Shown here: in pieces, positions 24,091 to 37,929 of the stretch | How the letters are laid out: every line of letters starts with the position of its first letter | How positions within the stretch are numbered: the stretch's first letter is position 1 | Source of the DNA: Vicugna vicugna | Lineage: Eukaryota | Length of the DNA stretch: 64,000 nt | Direction of reading: 5' to 3' | Assembly: GCA_013265495.1 (NCBI GenBank) | Contig: MU057744.1 | Location: 3,175,370 to 3,239,369, forward strand | Notes under the pieces: model-generated | Databases searched by the model: none | The model's input: the letters and a program-made list of their open reading frames with translations, nothing else | Told to the model about the DNA's origin: nothing | Made by a program: the position numbers and the translations under genes

Positions 24091-26617
24091 GCTTTTGGGG
24101 TTGATACAGTTATCTTTCAAAAGAATGTGGTGCACTGGTTAACCCTGGAATTAATCTGACCGTGGAATTGCAGGCTGAGGATATTCTGGGGTGGTCAGTT
24201 GGTATCCAGCCCTGGTACCAATAGTTGTGAAGAGCTGCCTGGCTGCGCCACAGACATGGCTGCCTTGAGTCGATTCTGGCGTTCCTTGCAAGCAGGACCC
24301 AGAGGGAGTTCTGGTCTTCAGAGCTGCACGTAAATCTTCCCTTTGCTGAATAAGGGTGCTGCTCTGAGCTAGGTTTCACAAATGTGCCTTCACGACACAG
24401 GTTAAGTTGGGAAAGCAAGCTTTGCTTTCTTCTCAGTTCTTTTTTCTTTTTTTTTTCCACTCTGTCTTATATAGTAAATCAGTGTCTAACATCTACAAAA
24501 ACAAAATTCTCCTCATTTGCTGCACAATAGCATCTTACGACTTGAGTTCAGTGTATTGAGCTACATACTTCTACATACTTCTACGGAGACCTGAATCTCC
24601 ATTCAGGAAAGGAGTATGTAGCAAGCAGCGTCTGTTTGTCCTGACTTACAGTGTTCTCATCTCAACAACATTTGTCGTCTTCAGTAGATATTATACATGA
24701 ATGGGTGAAAATTTAACGTTCTTTCAAAATTCCACAGACTGAGAGTTACCTCATCCTTCTATAGCACGTGTTGTTATGATGAATTCAAGGTTGTGTCCCC
24801 CTCCCAGAAACACACTGATTCAGCCCCTAAGTAGGCAGCACCTCGGGCTGGGTCTTACGTGAAGAGGGCAACACAGATAAGCCGTATTTCACTCCCCTGG
24901 GAAATTCCTCTTTGCTTGATTCTCTTGCAAATTTACATGGGTTTCTGGTTCCTAGGGCAACAGAGGAAGTTTCTGAATTGTCTGGAGATTACATATCCCC
25001 ACACACGGAAATCCTCTTTGCTGGAGGTTTTAGTTCTCTCTACTGCTGTGCCTGTGGGCAAGCAGCAAAACATGAGTCAGTTCCAGGTCCCCGGTGCATT
25101 CAGGAGTTGTCGTGTTAAGGAAACAAAACACATCATTATTTGTTAATATGATTTTACCATTATGGTTTTGGGTAGAGGTGTGAAAATTACTACAGTACAA
25201 ATGAAAAGTTCATAAGGGCAACCAGCTGATGACGGTTACCTGGGAATCTCATTTTTCTCTTTTCTCCCAAAATATATGACCTCCTATTTGGGATAAGCAA
25301 AGTCTTCTTGCTTCTGTGAGATGATAACATAATAAGCATTAAATTCAAATTTTAGTGCACGTGTCCTTCAAGCTTTAGGCTGAAAATAGTTTGATCAAAT
25401 TTAACACAAATTGAGATCTATATACACATATACATCACTTTAATAAGTAATAATGTCATCTTCGAGGAAGTAGTTAGTGGATCCACTTGAAATTTGTACT
25501 TGATTTACCTCTATTCAGAATTTACTTGTTCATTCATTCATGCAGGAACAACTCATGTTTGCATCAAATTTGACACTTCACTGTACAGAAGTGGCAGAAC
25601 GTTGAGGGGTAGTTCTTCGGGATGGTAATAAGCATTTGTCCTTTAGACTTTTATGAAGGTCGCTGAGGTTTTATCTAGCTTTGTTCATTTTAAAGAAGAA
25701 ACGTCATTGGGGAAAGGTTTTGAAACACCTTTTCACGGGTTTTTTTTTTTTTTTTGGTGGAGGGGGATAGTCCATATTAGCTGTAATTTCTGCATGACAA
25801 ATAACTTTGAGTAAAATTAATACGGAAGAGCAGACATAGCTGCAGGTATGAATCAAAAGCTTGTACAAACTTTAGAGTGGTTGTGCATCTTGTGCCAATT
25901 GAGAGGTGCGGGTGGAGAAAACATGAAGAGCTGGCCCTGGAAATTATACGTGAATGGAGAATTCTCCCTTCCATGTAACTGATGAAGCGGTCAGTGAAGA
26001 GCTTTCGGCAGAATGGTGATTTGAATTTTGGTATGGATTACCGAAAAGGAAATTGTGGCAAACTAGATCCAGAAGGAAGATACAATTTGGAAGAATGTTG
26101 GAAAGAGAATAAACAACCAAAAGTGTATTTTAGCTTCTCATCACAGAAGCAGGAAGATGGCTCTCTACAGCCTTTCCCACGTAGCCGGGCCTCTCTTGTG
26201 CAATTCAAGCAGCAGAAGACATGTGAGGGGCCTTCTCCGAGCACAGAGCTCTGATCAGCATCGTGAGCAGCACCAGGAGAGGGAAGAAGCGGTGCTTGTC
26301 CCAGGGGACTTGACGGATTTATTAGAGGAAGATAAGATATGTATACAAGTAGCCACAATGCAAGGGAGAATTTGTTAATATTTATAGTCAAAATACAAAT
26401 AAAGGGCTAGAGGGAGCTTAGAGGTAATAAATTACCAGCTAGAGATTTTGCAAAAGAATTTACATAGAAACCATCTTCGTGCTAATCGTAAATGTTAGTG
26501 AGAAATTCTCTGGGCATGTATGAAAAGAAAAGACACTCCGAAGAACTTGGGAAGAGAAACAGTATAGAACATGGTTGGCAAAAAGCAGATGGCCCTCTCT
26601 GAATACAGCTCAGGGTG

Positions 26618-27010
26618 TGCGTGTGTTAGTTTGCCAGGACTGTGGCGACAAAGGACCACAGACCGGAGGACTTGAAGAGCAGAAGTTTACAGTCCGGCAT
26701 TCTGGCGGCTGCAAGTCCAAGATCAGAGTGCTGGCAGGGTTGGTTCCGCCTGCCTGCTGGGATCATCTGTTCCGTGCCGCTCCCTTAGCTTCTGGCAGCT
26801 GCTTACAATCTTTGGTGCTGCTTGGCATTCTCCCATGTCTCTGTGTCCAAATTTTCACTTTTTATAAGGACACTAGTCATACTGGATTAAGGCCCATCCT
26901 GATGATCCCGTTTGTACTCGATTACCTCTGTGAAGACCAAATAAAGTCACATTATGAGGTGCTGGGACTTGAACATATCTTTTGGAAAGGCTATAAATCA
27001 ACCCAGAACA
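26618..27010 (-). mobile_element. MLT1B/C-type MaLR solo LTR
   Basis: 'ttctggcggctgcaagtccaagatcag' and 'tttataaggacactagtcatactggattaaggcccatcct'. Confidence 0.85.
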
Positions 27011-29661
27011 GTATGTAAAGGAGAGAAAAATGACAATTTTGGATGGAAAAGAGATTCACTATATGTATCAAGTGGACTTGATGTTCAAAGTAAGGAATAT
27101 AGATACTGCTCCAGGTGTGCAAAGTGATTAAATTACCTGGGGATAAAAGCTTTGATACACAATCAGGATGCAGAGTTGTGAGATAAGCCTCAGGTAGATG
27201 ATATCGAAGATAAAGAGAAATGCAAATTTAAAAATTTCACATTTGAGATAAGGAGTTCAGATGTCAAGGAGGATGGTTAATTTATTATAAGATGGAAGGA
27301 AATTTTATTGAGGAAAATAATACTTTCAACTTTCAAGAGATGGAAAAAGACACTTAACACAGCAAGAATACCCCGTGACCCGACAAGCAGACCTCTTCTC
27401 CACGCCACGTCACGCCAGTATCTGAAACCCTGTTGTCAAGCGCCATGTCCTGTGTTTGAAGTGCAGGAGGGACAGAATTTGCTAGCCGTGGAGCAGAACT
27501 GGGAAAGGTTTCCACTCACTTCTTGACACTTAACATCTGGAAAAAAATTTACTTCCTCTCGGCCCCACCCGTGCGCACACACACACACTGGCATGAACAG
27601 TGCTGCACTTATGGCCTAGAAGTAGGGAAATGCTAAGGGGATACATAGAAACACTACATTTACTGTCACAGGTAATTGCCAAAAGATGTGGAAACCAAAA
27701 TTATGTTTTTCAACATATGTGTGTAGTGGAAGGAGCAAAGGGTTTGGAGCTCCACGATCTATTTTCTGGGTGGCTGTGGACAAATGAACTAACCTGAACT
27801 TGGGCTAATGTGCTGTGTGAGGTGTGGATAAGTATGCCATGGTTATGTGGAGGAGCAGATGGAGTAAGCTGGGCAAAGAACGCAGGCAATGCTGCATGTT
27901 TCTTTCATCGTTATGGACTCTGACTTTCACAAGCAGAGGGTTCCGGGCATTGCACACACTGACTTGCTGTCTTACTCTTAAGCTGGAAAGAGATTAGCTG
28001 GATAATACAGAATGCAATCTGAATTTGTGGTTGGAAAATCCATGGCTTCTGTGGGACTATGATAATTCCCGGCAGAAGTGGTCACTACTGTTTGTGTAAA
28101 GTTTCCTTCAGTTTGTTTAGTTTTGCAAACCTGGATGTTCTGAATAATGAGATACTTATTTTGGAAGTAAATCTACATTTTCAAACAAATACACCTGTGT
28201 CTGTTGGAAGAAAACTTAAGGAATGATTCTAAACTTTTTATGCAGATCAATGATACTGGGCCTGAAAGACATACGATAGAATGGAAGCACTGATTTTGAA
28301 ATAGAGTGTAGCTAAAACATCCTCTCTTTTTCCATTGATTTTGTATTTTTTTGTACGCAGTAATTCCAGTAGACATTTTCTGGGCAACAGAGTTTATCAG
28401 CAGTTACTCTGTTGAGAATGTAGAACAGAAAACAGTAATTAAATACCTTCATTTACCCTACTTTATCCCTGACTCTGTCGCTAAACTTAAGCATAGACTG
28501 AAAATAAACACACCTTGCAATAACTTAATGTAGAAAAACCCACTGGGCGTCCGGCCCTCCAAGCAGTCTCGTACACGGTTGTAGACGTTGGATGCCTTTA
28601 GTTGTGCTGTTTCAGGTATTTCTTTGCATCCGTCTCTGACTTGGTAAATACATGCTCTGGAGTGTTTTGTTAAGAGAAGTGCCCACTCATCCCCTTACAG
28701 AGGGGATTGGGGCAGTTTCTGAATGTAGTAATTCTGGAACACTGGAGAGAATGTGGCCTGCAGGATGTCTGAATCTATGTAGTAACATCTTATTTTATGG
28801 ATTAAAAAATAACCAGGAAACGGAAGACAAAAAAACAAGCCTCATAGTATAACACTACACAATTTTTTAGAAAATAGGGAAAAAATTGTTATTCAGCCAT
28901 TAACATTTTTATTCTTTTTCCTGTTCATAATCAGAGTATGTATAACAGTTTACAGACATCATATTTTGCAAAATATGGGAAACTTAATTAAGTTTCCCAT
29001 CATAGTGTGGACTTTAATATTGCTACATTAGATTCATAATTATCACTTTATTAGGTATGTAATATTTCAGAAAATAGTCTTCATCTCATTAAGTATTTGT
29101 CTGTTGTTGGCCATTTATATAATAATCTCAACACTTCAATATTTTCAAAATTATAAATAATTATGCAACAGTTTCCCTGTTACATAGCGAAGAATTCATG
29201 TTATGTGTATTGCCTGAGAGCACAGTTCCTGGAGTTAGATTATTCAGGTTTCTGCTTCTCAGAACCAAGAAAGAAAATATATTTCAAATGATTAAAAGTT
29301 CTTGGCAGAGTTACTATGAATGTGTGTGGATTTTTGAAGAAAATAAACGTACTGGGTTAGCATTACGCATTCCATACAGAAATGATAAAATTAATTTTCT
29401 GAGAAAATAGAATGTCCAAATGGTACTACTTTGTGGACTTACACAAAAATAGGCAGAAAAGCTTTTCTTCCTTCCTGGAGATGGTGTCTGTGAGCATGTA
29501 AGAGAGGTCTTTGAATTCCTTTTATGAAATATACAAGGTCACTTAAGAAGATGGCTATTCTTCAGGGGCAGAAGGCTATAATGGTCAATTAATGAGAGAG
29601 CTTTTCGGGCACAAAAGTGGTTTCTAGGCCTGAGTAGTTTTGTAGACTGAGTTTGTTGTTA

Positions 29662-29754
29662 CTTTTTAAATTTTTATTTATTTATGCATTTGACAGAGGT
29701 CCTGGAGATTGAACTCAGGCCCTTGTGCGTGTTAAGCATGTGCTCTCCCACTGA
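29662..29754 (-). mobile_element. tRNA-Ala-derived camelid SINE (vic-1 type), 5'-truncated
   Basis: Reverse complement reads tcagtgggagagcacatgcttaacacgcacaagggcctgagttcaatctccaggacctc plus an A-rich tail. Flanks tgagtttgtt / tgagtttatt resemble a TSD. Confidence 0.8.
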
Positions 29755-30329
29755 CTTGAGTTTATTTATCTTCCTTTTGTTGGGCTGTTAAGTTGTTTCA
29801 TTCACGGTAGTTTGATCCTGCAGTCCCATGACAAGTTCGGTAACACCAACCAGCCTTCAGGGTCCCTGTTGCCAAAAAGAAATTTCTGGCTTAAAAACAA
29901 TAAATAAAAATAACAATAAAAGATGTTACCCTCAGGTCTTTCTGTCTAGCCCTGCCTAGTTACTTGCCTAGTTCCATCTTAAAAATAGTGTTTCCTTGTG
30001 CTGCTTATTTTCCTGCAGCCAAATCCACTGTTCATCAGAGGCCTGAGCGTGTAAACCCAGTGCAGTCGCACTGACCTCGCAGTCCTTGGACGTGGGAAGC
30101 TGGCTCCCACCCCAGGCCTTTGCTCCCTGGGTTCCCACTGTCTGCAGTGCTTCCCCCTCCCTGGCGAGGGGGCTCCGCTCAGCCCGCTCCACCTTCGGGC
30201 CGCAGCGGTCACGGACGCCAGATCAAAACGATAGTCACACTCCAGGCAGCTGCTCCTTTTTCACACACGTTTTTTTTCAGTAAAGCAGCCAATGTTACCT
30301 TATTAACTTTACTGCCATTTTGTGTTCCT

Positions 30330-30472
30330 CTCTAGAATACGATTCCTTTTGACCAATGACTTTATTTTACCCGTGTATCCTGAGCTAGAACAGTCCTTGT
30401 TATGTGGCAGGGATTCCCTGTTTGTTGAAATGCTGGATGAATGAGTGAGTAAGTGACTGACTGAGTGAATGA
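30330..30472 (+). mobile_element. L2 3' terminus with (TGAA/TGAG)n tail
   Basis: 'ctagaacagtcc...gtttgttgaaatg...gatgaatgagtgagtaagtgactgactgagtgaatga'. Confidence 0.7.
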
Positions 30473-32028
30473 GGTCTCTCACGGATGTGGGCCTGCTGAG
30501 AGGGTTAGGCACCCCTTGAACTGTTACTGGCTGCTTTGGGAAATAATTATTTTCAGGGACAGGCTTTTAAGAGCTCTCTGACTTAAGAGGCAATTTCTCA
30601 TTTGTCGTGAAGTTCGGGTTAAGGAGCTAAATTCCAAAAAGTTTAAAGAGATAACCAGTGGTATATCTAAATTCCTCACTGCTGACAAATTATTGCTTGG
30701 TAGCAAATCTGCCTTTTAATTTTATCTTTAAAGCCTAAGTGTTTAACAAAGTCAATACCAGAAGTCAAGACAGTATCCGTATTAATGTTAATTAGCATTT
30801 GGCCTGAAATGTCGTCGTACCCTGAGACGCCCCTAGAGAAACTGCACAGAGCAGAAAGGACGGATGATGGTGCTGGTGGTCATGGCAGCTTCCCTTCCCC
30901 ACCGTTGACCTTGAAGGCTGGTTAATATTGTTGAACTTGTCGTGGGAACCCAGGAACAAAAGATTGTGGGTTAGACAATTTCATAACCCAATTAAAGAGG
31001 AAGAGATAAACAGTCTGTCTGTCTCCGTCTGTTTGTCATCTACAGCCGTAACTACATTCATGCCACTGGAGGTCAGTCCTTGGATTGGGCAGGCATTTCG
31101 TGGCGCCTTAGTAATTCCATGTCAGCCATAGGCAGACACTGCGAGGAAGTGCATCACGACAGGCTGTGCTGGGGGGGCTTTGTAGCCACTGTGATTGCCA
31201 AAGCCCAGAGCTGGGCCACTGTGGGGGTGCGTGTGTGGCATGTGGGGACGGGGACGGGAGGAGGGGCCGGAGGTTCTCCTCAAAAACAAGCCTCGATTAA
31301 GCACATAAAGCAAGAAATTTACTGCATATTAATCATTTAACCAGGTCTAGTGCAGAGAATTGGATACATATGGTTGAATATCAAGTTTAGATAGAGTAAT
31401 TTAGTAAGTTTTTCTGATGTCTCATTCTTGAGAAATCACTCCTTTCTGCGCGTGAGGACAGTGAACGCGGTCTTCCTGGGCCGTCTCCGAGCACTGCTCA
31501 TGCATGTACCCGGCGTGTTTCGCTGCTCCCGCGTGCCTTCCTGGGTGGCCTTGGTCACGTCTGCCCTCTGCCTGGAAGGCCCATCCTCTTCTTTCCCAGT
31601 TCCATTCAGCTTACTTTTAGGGAACTGAAGCGGTACTATTTTGAGGATTACAGTTATTTGACCGCTCATCCTCAGCCTGCAAACCTGCCAGAAATGCCAC
31701 GTCCCCTGTGACACCTGCCCGAGTCCCCACTGGGGCGAGTGAGTGTCTCTTTGTGGCCCCCATGGCATCGTGCAGTGCTGCCCCTATGGCACAGTGGGGT
31801 CACAGCTTTAGTTCTTGGCTCATCTGTCTGCCTCACCCGCCATCACATACGGCTCTGGGGCCATGCGTGGGTTAGGTCTGCAACCCTGATGCCGCATTCG
31901 AATTTTCCTGCTCCTCTGAGGTTTGGTGAACTTTGTTCACCCCGTCTGACTTATCTGACTTTGCATTCTCTTTGGAGTCCAGAGTTCTCCCTGCCCGTCC
32001 TGAAAATCACTCAAGAGTTTATTTCTAG

Positions 32029-32120
32029 TTTTTTTTTTAATTGTTACAGTGTGTCTTATCTCTGGTGTGCAGCATGGTGTCTCCATTATGCATATGCACA
32101 CATATATTCGTTTTCATGTA
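32029..32120 (-). mobile_element. Very short L1 3' end
   Basis: Poly-T then 'tctggtgtgcagcat...atatattcgttttcat', homologous to 12620-12710. Confidence 0.7.
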
Positions 32121-34402
32121 GTCTATCTCTGTTCAATCACAGTGTCCTTACTCCAGCTCAGTGTGTCTTAGCGATTCCCTAGCGCCCTGACTCACCACTC
32201 AGCCCCTTCCTAATTTTCCAGAAAAATATTGCCTTTCTTCAGAATTTAATGAGCCTAGTTAATGATTCATCAGAGATTGGGGGGGTTCACTGCTGTCCCC
32301 TGCCACCCTCCCTGTCCCTCCCTGTGTGAAGGGACAGCCAGACCCTTCCTCAGAGCCCTCTCAGGTGCCTCGTGACCTCAGCTCTCATCCTCGACAAAGA
32401 AAGCTCTCCCTTTAAGAGAAACTCTAGGGCTGTCCAAGAAGAGAACAGTCGCTCTTATCTCAGTTATGTCTTCATCTTTGTCGTGAGCACAGAATCGAGA
32501 TACTTTTAATACTTTCAGTGACTCTTGTCTCAGTTGACTTGATCCCTGCTCAGTTTCAGGCAGCTTTAGGCGCCTTCTATTTTGGTTATGCTTGACTGTG
32601 ATTTCAGCTACCTAATTGATCAGTGAGCTATTTTAATTTTCCTTTTATCCTTTACAGGATTCTCCTCAGATCAGAAGAGAAAAATAGACTATATGAAAGT
32701 CACTTCTTGCTTAGAAATACTTCTGTAAAATAAGTGAAATACATTATTTTTAAAAACTAGGCATATCAGAATTCACCTTGGAGTTTATCAGCAGGACCAC
32801 ATACCATTAGCATGCCGTGGCTGGAGTGAAGGAACCCTGGAGGTGTCTGTAACTGGGTGGGTGGCTGTGACTGCGCCCCGCCGGCCCTGGGGAGAATGTG
32901 AGCATGATGGCCCGCTGCCTCTGTCACCAGGATTGCAGCCCCCAAGGCAGTTTTCCTGAAGAACCTGAGAACAGTGATAGATGTATTTTGTCCAGGCAGA
33001 AGGAACCCCAGAGCAGCGGTAGATCAGACTTCATCTGCTAACGGCAAAGTGAAACGTTTCCTCATGGACAGTGATCCTCATTCTGTGTGGTGGAGACAGT
33101 CCGTGATCCCCGAGAGCAGAGTGGTCACATCTGGACTGTTTCATTACTTCCCTGAAGTGGAATTTGACCATAAAGTAAAATGACATAGTTTTGGCCTGTT
33201 AGCTTACCCAGGATTTAAACCTGGGTGTGATGCATGAGGAGCCAGTCAGAGGTGTGTTTGGCATTCTAAAGCCCCCTGACTCCTCATCACAGGGCCAGTT
33301 CCAGTGCCCAGAAAGGGGGTCGCACACAGCACTGCCCTCTGAGCCGGCGGGCATAGTCTGTCTGCCTCTGCAGAGATCCTGAAACCATCTCCGTGGGCGT
33401 TTCTGTGTGTAGACAAGAACATAAAACATGCTGAAGGGCGCCTTCTCCATTCGGGTAGCTTAGCGGAGTGGACTGAACTCTGAACTGGCCGTCGGGGATC
33501 GGAATGACGATTCCGGCGCCCGGTGTACTGTCTGAACGCCTCTCCCCACACCGCGTGAGTCCCGGAGCCGGTCTCCTCGTCTGTGGCGTGGGCAGCCCCG
33601 TCACGCGGTGGGGCGGGAGGGTGCTCGCTGCCTCGCGCCTCCTTCACGTCTGCAGCTGTGCCTGGCCTGGAGCTCAGTCAGTGCTTTTCGAGGAGCTGAG
33701 CTGGGTTTGTTGTGATGATCAAAGTGATAAGCAGCACGAGGCCCAGAGAAGACAGAGTGCTCAACGCAGTTACAGTCGTGCTGTCCGCGGCGCAGCACTG
33801 GAGACGTGTTGCTTATCCCACAGTTGCACGAACACCGCCACCACGCCACAGGAGGCCTTCCTGTGCAGTGCAGCTGCTCGTTCTGTGACTCCCGTCCCAG
33901 CTCCCTGTGCTCAGAGCTTTTTGCCCTTACCTGTTTTTTCTGCTGTGTCAGCTACAGTGCAGGTGGCCACGTGCCCCAGCCTGTCAGGGACCTCCGCAGC
34001 TCACCTCTGTCGTTTCTGCACGACTGTTAACATGACCGCCTTCCACCAGCAGACGCCCCAGCTTGGATGATGAATCATAATGTCACTCTACGTAAGCATA
34101 AGTAGTAATGTTCTGTTTATGTGGAGAAGAGACTAACAAGCAAAGCAACTGGAGAAATGTATGTAGCACGTTACGATTTTAAGCCTTCATCTCAGGACTA
34201 GACATACCGTTAAGACGACAGATTTCTCTCGTGTCACTTGAGTAACTCATCCATCTGTCTAGGCAGCGGGACTTACAAAGTCAGGGTGTATCTCTGTCAA
34301 GGCCTTCATCTCCTGGCTTGAAAGTGCTTCCTGCTGGCCTTCAAGAGATCTCGTCTTCTCCCAGTTCCCCCACCTGGAGAACTGGCGACTCCCAGGGTCT
34401 GC

Positions 34403-37400
34403 ATTCATTCATTCAGTAACATTCATAGGACTAGCGCAGCGGGTGTGACGTAAAGAGCCAGGTGTGCAGTTGTGGCAGAGCGTGACCATCCTTCATGGAG
34501 GTGCCACCATCTAAAGAGAGAAACAGGAGTTACTAATCGCAAAAACACAGAGCTGCACTTCTGATAATGTTCAAAAGAGAGGTAGGGGGGCGGGGCTCTG
34601 CGAGCTGGTAGACGGGGTTTGAACTGATGAAGAACATTCAGAGAAGCTTTCTCTGTGGAAGCTTCAGCTGAGTTGAGATCAGGAAAATAAGTCGGTGTCA
34701 CGTTGGTGAGGAAGAGCAGAGGCATAGGGTCCTGTGGTGGAGGGGTGTGGGCACAGCCTGGGAGGGCGCAGAGAGGCCACGCGGCACCGCCCGCCCGGCA
34801 GTCATGGAGGTGGGGCTGCAGAGGTGCCCCCGGAGGTGGGGAGGAGGCTGACGTGTTCTGTACCTGGGGGCACGTGCTCAGCGAGCTGCACAGGATGCAC
34901 TGAGAGGCACAGGACCAGAGGAGGCAGGGCCACACACTGGAGTCTCTCACAGCAGTCCTGCCCGGGAGCGCGGTGGGGGGCAGACTGCGAAGGGCGGGGG
35001 CTGGCTGGGGTGGTATTCAGGAGCTGAAATCTGTAGGCCGAGGTGATGAGGAAGGTGTGGGAGTGAAGATGAGGATGGGGCCAAGGAGGCCGTTGGGGGT
35101 GCAGCTCGGGCAGCGTTTTGAGTCGCAAGTGCACCCTGGCTGCCGTTCCTCTTCCTCCTTGGCCATCCACCGGACGCCAGCCTCCTGCCCCTCTGCTGCA
35201 GGTCATGGGGTGCTGGCAGCAAGAGTGGACAGAGGCCGTGTTTTACTTCCCCAGGAGGATAACTTGTCTTCCTCCTAGAAGACCACACTGAAGTTCAGGA
35301 AGGTCGGAGGCGAGCTGTGACACAGAGAGTCACTTGGAAGTGCCCGGAGTCGCTGTTGGAGCCCACGAGCCCACATCATCTCCGCGGGGTCTGTAACACG
35401 GCGTATTGCTGCTTGCCTAGAAAGTACCTCCAGGTTGCCGGGGTTGGCTCACGGTCACCAATGGCAGTGATTTCACACATGTAGATGCGCCTTGAAACTC
35501 AGGCCCTGTAATCCAAAACTCGGCAGTAAGGCCATGTCTTTCTTCCCCCATATTAAGTTCTGGCCCTAAAATTTCCTTTCCCAAGATTACCTTCTTCCCA
35601 TAATTGACTGTGCAAATGACCCTTTCAGCAGGAAATAAAAATTGACCCCGCAGCAGAAGGTGTTGTGTTGTCTTGTGCTCTCAGTAGGTCAGTGGGATGA
35701 GAACACAGTATCAGAACATTCTGAGATATTCGGACTTAAATTACACCGTGTGGTTCGTCCCTCGGAGGGGTGTGTGTCACGAGCAGGTCGCAGAAGCTTT
35801 CTCTGGAGTGTGGACGGTGGGCTAGAGACCAGGTGTGTGGAAGTGAGATGAAGACTCTGCAGCAGTCCTGACATGGGAAGAAGAGGACTGGAACCAAGGT
35901 AGTGACAGTGGCAGCAGAGAGACACAGAGAAAAGCCAAAATCATGAAGGCTTAATGATTAAGGCATCACCGTAACTATGAGTCACGGCTTCAGAGACAAA
36001 AAAAAGATCTGCTTTCCAGGCGTGGTGTGCTCCACACTAGAAATGCGGCCTGACAAGTGCTTAATCTCCCTGAACCTCGGTCGCCTCGCCTGTAAAGTGA
36101 GGGGAGTACCTCCTGTACCAGACTGTCGGGAGGGTCACACGGGAAAGCGCTGCAGAGCACTTGGTCGTGTGCCTGTCACAGAGCTAAGTGTGAGGCGAAG
36201 GCAGGAATTTAGTGGGCTAGTTTTGGTGAACTTGGGGTTAAAACTACATCGAAATGGACAGTCGTACAACGGTAAGTGCAACAAGAGGAAGAGTGGGAGA
36301 CGATGACTCTGTGAGGGGTCAGAATCTTGCCAGTCAGACTCGGGTGAGGAGGGTGTTAAGTAAATGAGGGGAAGGAGAGCCTGAGGAAGGAAGAGGGAGG
36401 AGCACTGCAGAAGGACTTGTTACAAGTGGGCCAGTGAGTGGTCCCCGAAAAGCCAAAACCAAAACAACCCCGTGGAGAGACGGCCAGAGAGACACCTAAG
36501 GGGACAGGCGGGAAACGGCGATGCTCCTCCAGAAGCCAGGGGAGACCGATCGGGGGGAGCAGCCAGCCCCGTCAGACACCACCGAGGGCGGCAGTGCAAC
36601 TGCAGGGCGTCCAGTAGACTTACCACCCGGGAGGCGGTGGTTTCCTTGAAAATACCAGCTTCAGTGAAGACCTGGAGGAATTAAAGACGTATTTAGGCTG
36701 GTGAGGAGTGAATGATCGAGTGCGCACCGCCGTTTTAAGTAGTTGGAACATGAAGGGAAGGAGGGGCGGTCTGACCAGAGGACTTAGGCTCAGCGTTCGG
36801 TTTGCTTCGTTTCGAGTCGGCCTGTGTGCTGCAGTGGGAGGGGAGGCGGAAGCCCTGATGCTGGGCCTTCGCCGTTGCCTTGGTGCCGATGATCCCACCA
36901 GGACTGAAGTCAGGCCGTAAGCGCGGCGTTCTTCAGTGAGGGTGGGAGAAAGGATACGCCGCCGAGAGTCAGCCGCCAGCCCCAGTGGACGCTGCACGGA
37001 AGCCAGTGTGAGCAGCAGAGTGGCTGCAGAACACACAGCAAGGGTCAGGGTGCAGTCAGCAGCCCAGGTGGAGCCCAGCGTGGGACAAGAGAGAACGTAT
37101 CACTTCTGCGCATTGGGAGGCAAAGACTGGGGCAGGAAGGAATTGAGAGAGAGCAGGTGGAGTTGGCTGGGTCTCACTTCGTGGGCTAGCTGAGAGTCCA
37201 GAAGTGGCGGTCAGTTTATGATACTGGCTTGGAAGGAACGGTTAATTTTTGAGGGAAGAATAGATGCTGTGGGGTAGGTGGACAGTGTTGAGGTCCCGGT
37301 GACACTGAGATCAGGGCTTTGTGGCAGCACCATTCTGTGGTCCCATGGGTCTTTGCAGAGCTTAGCAGCACAGAAGTCAAGTCGTTGGATTGTTGGAACT

Positions 37401-37790
37401 TTTGCAGGGCTGTGTGGAAGGGAGGCAAGAATCCGGGGGAGCAGGGTTCTGACAGGAGGGTGTTTGACGCGAAGGCTGTGATGTCCAGGATGAGGAAAGG
37501 GAAGAGTCGAGCCAAAGGGAGCTGTGAAGCTGGAAGAAAGACTACTTCTCAGAGATTCGGAGTCTTGATGGGACTGTGGGACGGAGGCGGTGGCGATATG
37601 GACTTGGGAAGCTGGGGTGCTGGTTAGAGAATGTCACGGGGGAAGAGGAAGGAGTTAACCGAGTTTGGGGGCCATGGATGTGACTGGCTGGATCAGACGG
37701 CGGAGATCATGACAGTGAGGGCGGGAGGGCACTGGTGGGCGTTCGAGGGGCATTAACCTCACCCACAGTCTCGGATTGGATATTAGAGCT
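34403..37790 (-). mobile_element. Long fragmented L2, CpG-rich, with intervening sequence and a MIR
   Basis: Starts with (cattc)n tail; 'cagagaagctttctctgtggaag...gctgagttgagatc'; later L2 body motifs such as 'agttggaacatgaagggaagga'. Internal boundaries approximate. Confidence 0.6.
36040..36200 (+). mobile_element. MIR SINE
   Basis: 'caagtgcttaatctccctgaacctcggtcgcctcgcctgtaaagtgaggg'. Confidence 0.7.
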
Positions 37791-37929
37791 GTAAACCACA
37801 TGCCACAGTCTTTGTTAGATGTACAGGGTCACAGACTGCAGCCATTTGCAGGGAGAGATGGGGATAATCCAACACTGTCAGCCCCAGAAGAGAGCACTTT
37901 ACAGGACAGTGAAGAAATAGTATTTTTTA

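Noticed and set aside
32780..33260. Possible old ERVL-type LTR containing a short palindrome at 33206-33226
   Set aside because: I could not assign a family or termini with confidence, and the palindrome has only 7-bp arms.
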